From positions 1,092,514 to 1,156,513 of the forward strand of contig OZ246892.1 of the NCBI GenBank assembly GCA_965231915.1: DNA of 64,000 nucleotides. The letters run 5' to 3'. Made by a program: the position numbers and the translations under genes. Shown in pieces: positions 62,628 through 64,000 of the stretch. The notes beneath the pieces are model-generated. The model was not told the origin of the DNA. It saw only the letters and a program-made list of their open reading frames with translations, and did no database searches. The DNA is from Acidimicrobiales bacterium. Its GTDB lineage: Bacteria > Actinomycetota > Acidimicrobiia > Acidimicrobiales > Bin134. The stretch's first letter is position 1; the number at the start of each line of letters is the position of its first letter.

Positions 62628-63326
62628 ATGAGCGAAGAGTCAATCCTGGATGAACAGCAGGCCTACTACCGGGCTCGTGCTGATGAGTACGACGAGTGGT
62701 GGGAGCGGCTCGGCAAATTTGACCAAGGTCCGGAAGCGAACAGTCACTGGAATCAGGAGATCAGCGAGCTCCTAAACATCTTCGCTTCGCTTCCCCTCGA
62801 CGGAGACGTACTCGAATTCGCGCCCGGTACTGGGTATTGGACTGAGCTGTTGGCCGATCGGGCTCGGTCGGTGACCGCAGTCGACGGCGCGCCAGAGATG
62901 ATCGCCTGCAACCGCGCCCGCTTGGGCGACAAGGCCGAAGTCGTCACCTACGTTCAACACGACATCTTCGATTGGGTACCCCCGCGTCGCTTCGATGGGA
63001 TGGTGTTTTGCTTTTGGATCTCCCATGTGCCCCGCCGAAGATTGTCCGGGTTCCTCGCCAAGTGCCGTGATGCGCTCCACGTTGGTGCGCCGATTTTCTT
63101 CGTGGACAATCTCTGTGAGCCAAAAGGCTATGCGGTTGATCAGGTCATGCCCGAAAGTGATTCTGAGCTCACCCAGCGTCTCCTCAACGACGGCCGAGAG
63201 TTCACCATTGTCAAGAATTACTACGACCCTGAGGAGTTGCAGGATGCCGCTCGAGCTGAGGGCATAGACCTTGACGTGGGCAACACGCCGACGTTTTTCC
63301 AATACGGCGTCGGGCATGCCACCTGA
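62628..63326 (+). CDS. class I SAM-dependent methyltransferase
   Basis: VLEFAPGTGYWT (motif I), FDGMVFCFWISHV. Confidence 0.75.
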   Translation: MSEESILDEQQAYYRARADEYDEWWERLGKFDQGPEANSHWNQEISELLNIFASLPLDGDVLEFAPGTGYWTELLADRARSVTAVDGAPEMIACNRARLGDKAEVVTYVQHDIFDWVPPRRFDGMVFCFWISHVPRRRLSGFLAKCRDALHVGAPIFFVDNLCEPKGYAVDQVMPESDSELTQRLLNDGREFTIVKNYYDPEELQDAARAEGIDLDVGNTPTFFQYGVGHAT

Positions 63327-63349
63327 CTGGATATGAGGTCAATTGGCAA

Positions 63350-63673
63350 CTAGCCCGAGATTGCCAGGCCGCCAGCGGCTGCGGTGAGGCCGAGGGTGAG
63401 GCTGACGGCTAGGTAGGCGGCGGCCCGCTTGCGGCCCAAGGTGGTCAGCTCCACGGCGAAGGTGCTCAGCGTGGTCAGCGATCCCAGGGCGCCCACGCCC
63501 ACCGCGGTCATCACCGGGTTGCCACTGCCAGCCAGCAAACCCAAAGCGAAGCTGCCGGCAACGTTCACTCCCAGAGTCCCCCAGGGCCAGGTTGGCGCAT
63601 TGAACCTCTGAGCAGCCTCAGCACGAACCAGCGCTCCGGCCACCGCCAGCACCACGAAACCGAGCGCCGTCAT
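63350..63673 (-). CDS. crcB: fluoride channel CrcB/FluC
   Basis: GALGSLTTLSTF, GTLGVNVAGSFALG; ATGA overlap with upstream crcB. Confidence 0.8.
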   Translation of the reverse strand: MTALGFVVLAVAGALVRAEAAQRFNAPTWPWGTLGVNVAGSFALGLLAGSGNPVMTAVGVGALGSLTTLSTFAVELTTLGRKRAAAYLAVSLTLGLTAAAGGLAISG

Positions 63674-64000
63674 GAAGTCGCCCGCCAACGAATCGTTCGC
63701 AAGGCCGCGCCAACCAACGCCAAGGCCACCCCGCCTGTCACCGATACTGCCAGATAACCGGCGGCAAAGCCCCAGTCGCCGTCTCGGGCCATCTCAGCCA
63801 CGTCCACGGTCAGCGCCGAGAACGTGGTCAGGCTGCCGCAGAAGCCGGTCCCCAGTCCGAGGCTCACCGGAAGCTGGGCCCGGGCCGACCACGCGGCCGC
63901 GGCCACATAACCGAGCAGCAGGCAGCCAGCCAGATTGACGGTCAGCACTCCCCACGGCCAAGTGTCGGAGGCGGGCAGCACCTCGACCAGCCCCCAGCGC
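63670..64000 (-). CDS. crcB: fluoride channel CrcB/FluC (5' end beyond window)
   Basis: GVLTVNLAGCLLLG, GFCGSLTTFSAL; frame stays open to the window edge. Confidence 0.75.
   Translation of the reverse strand, partial: RWGLVEVLPASDTWPWGVLTVNLAGCLLLGYVAAAAWSARAQLPVSLGLGTGFCGSLTTFSALTVDVAEMARDGDWGFAAGYLAVSVTGGVALALVGAALRTIRWRATS

Overview
GC-rich, gene-dense chromosomal segment with Actinomycetota-like traits: a tRNA-Glu with G1-U72, a ClpS/DUF2017 pair, many GTG/TTG starts, and ATGA/GTGA-coupled operons. From 1-15.7 kb there are lipid/aromatic-type catabolic genes: a P450 fragment, DUF35 + acyl-CoA ligase + SCP-x-type thiolase, an OYE-type reductase, an FMN hydroxy-acid oxidase and several non-heme-iron oxygenases. 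At 15.77-15.96 kb sit tRNA-Phe, tRNA-Asp and an orphan 20-nt copy of a tRNA-Glu 3' end. The intact tRNA-Glu lies at 30.4 kb, so the ~14.5 kb in between looks like an integrase-less genomic island. The island carries a Liv-type ABC importer with a fused permease-permease-ATPase, an ACAD and a TetR. It then holds a decayed mobilome/defence islet: two AlpA-like genes, an HTH-antitoxin + PIN toxin, an HNH nuclease with an unnamed N-domain, a C5-methyltransferase translationally coupled to a GIY-YIG nuclease, and IS110 and phosphoesterase remnants. From 30.6-43.4 kb come NfeD/SPFH, DUF2017/ClpS, heme A synthesis (ctaA, ctaB) and a caa3-type cytochrome oxidase operon. That operon is directly preceded by a paralogous 'ghost' set: a CoxI-like protein lacking all six canonical His ligands, a CoxIII-like protein and a subunit-IV-like membrane protein. 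Downstream are serS, an acyl-CoA carboxylase pair, a PucR-associated catabolic/ABC cluster (hydantoinase-like, DUF917, M19 dipeptidase, racemase, FAD oxidase), an ACAD, a frameshifted serS 3' fossil, an AAA ATPase, a methyltransferase and two crcB genes. I saw no rRNA, no CRISPR array and no intact transposase or integrase. The best candidates for something undescribed are the ligand-less oxidase paralog module (34.8-37.9 kb) and the nuclease/methylase islet (23.7-30.3 kb). All family calls rest on motifs read by eye and none is search-verified.
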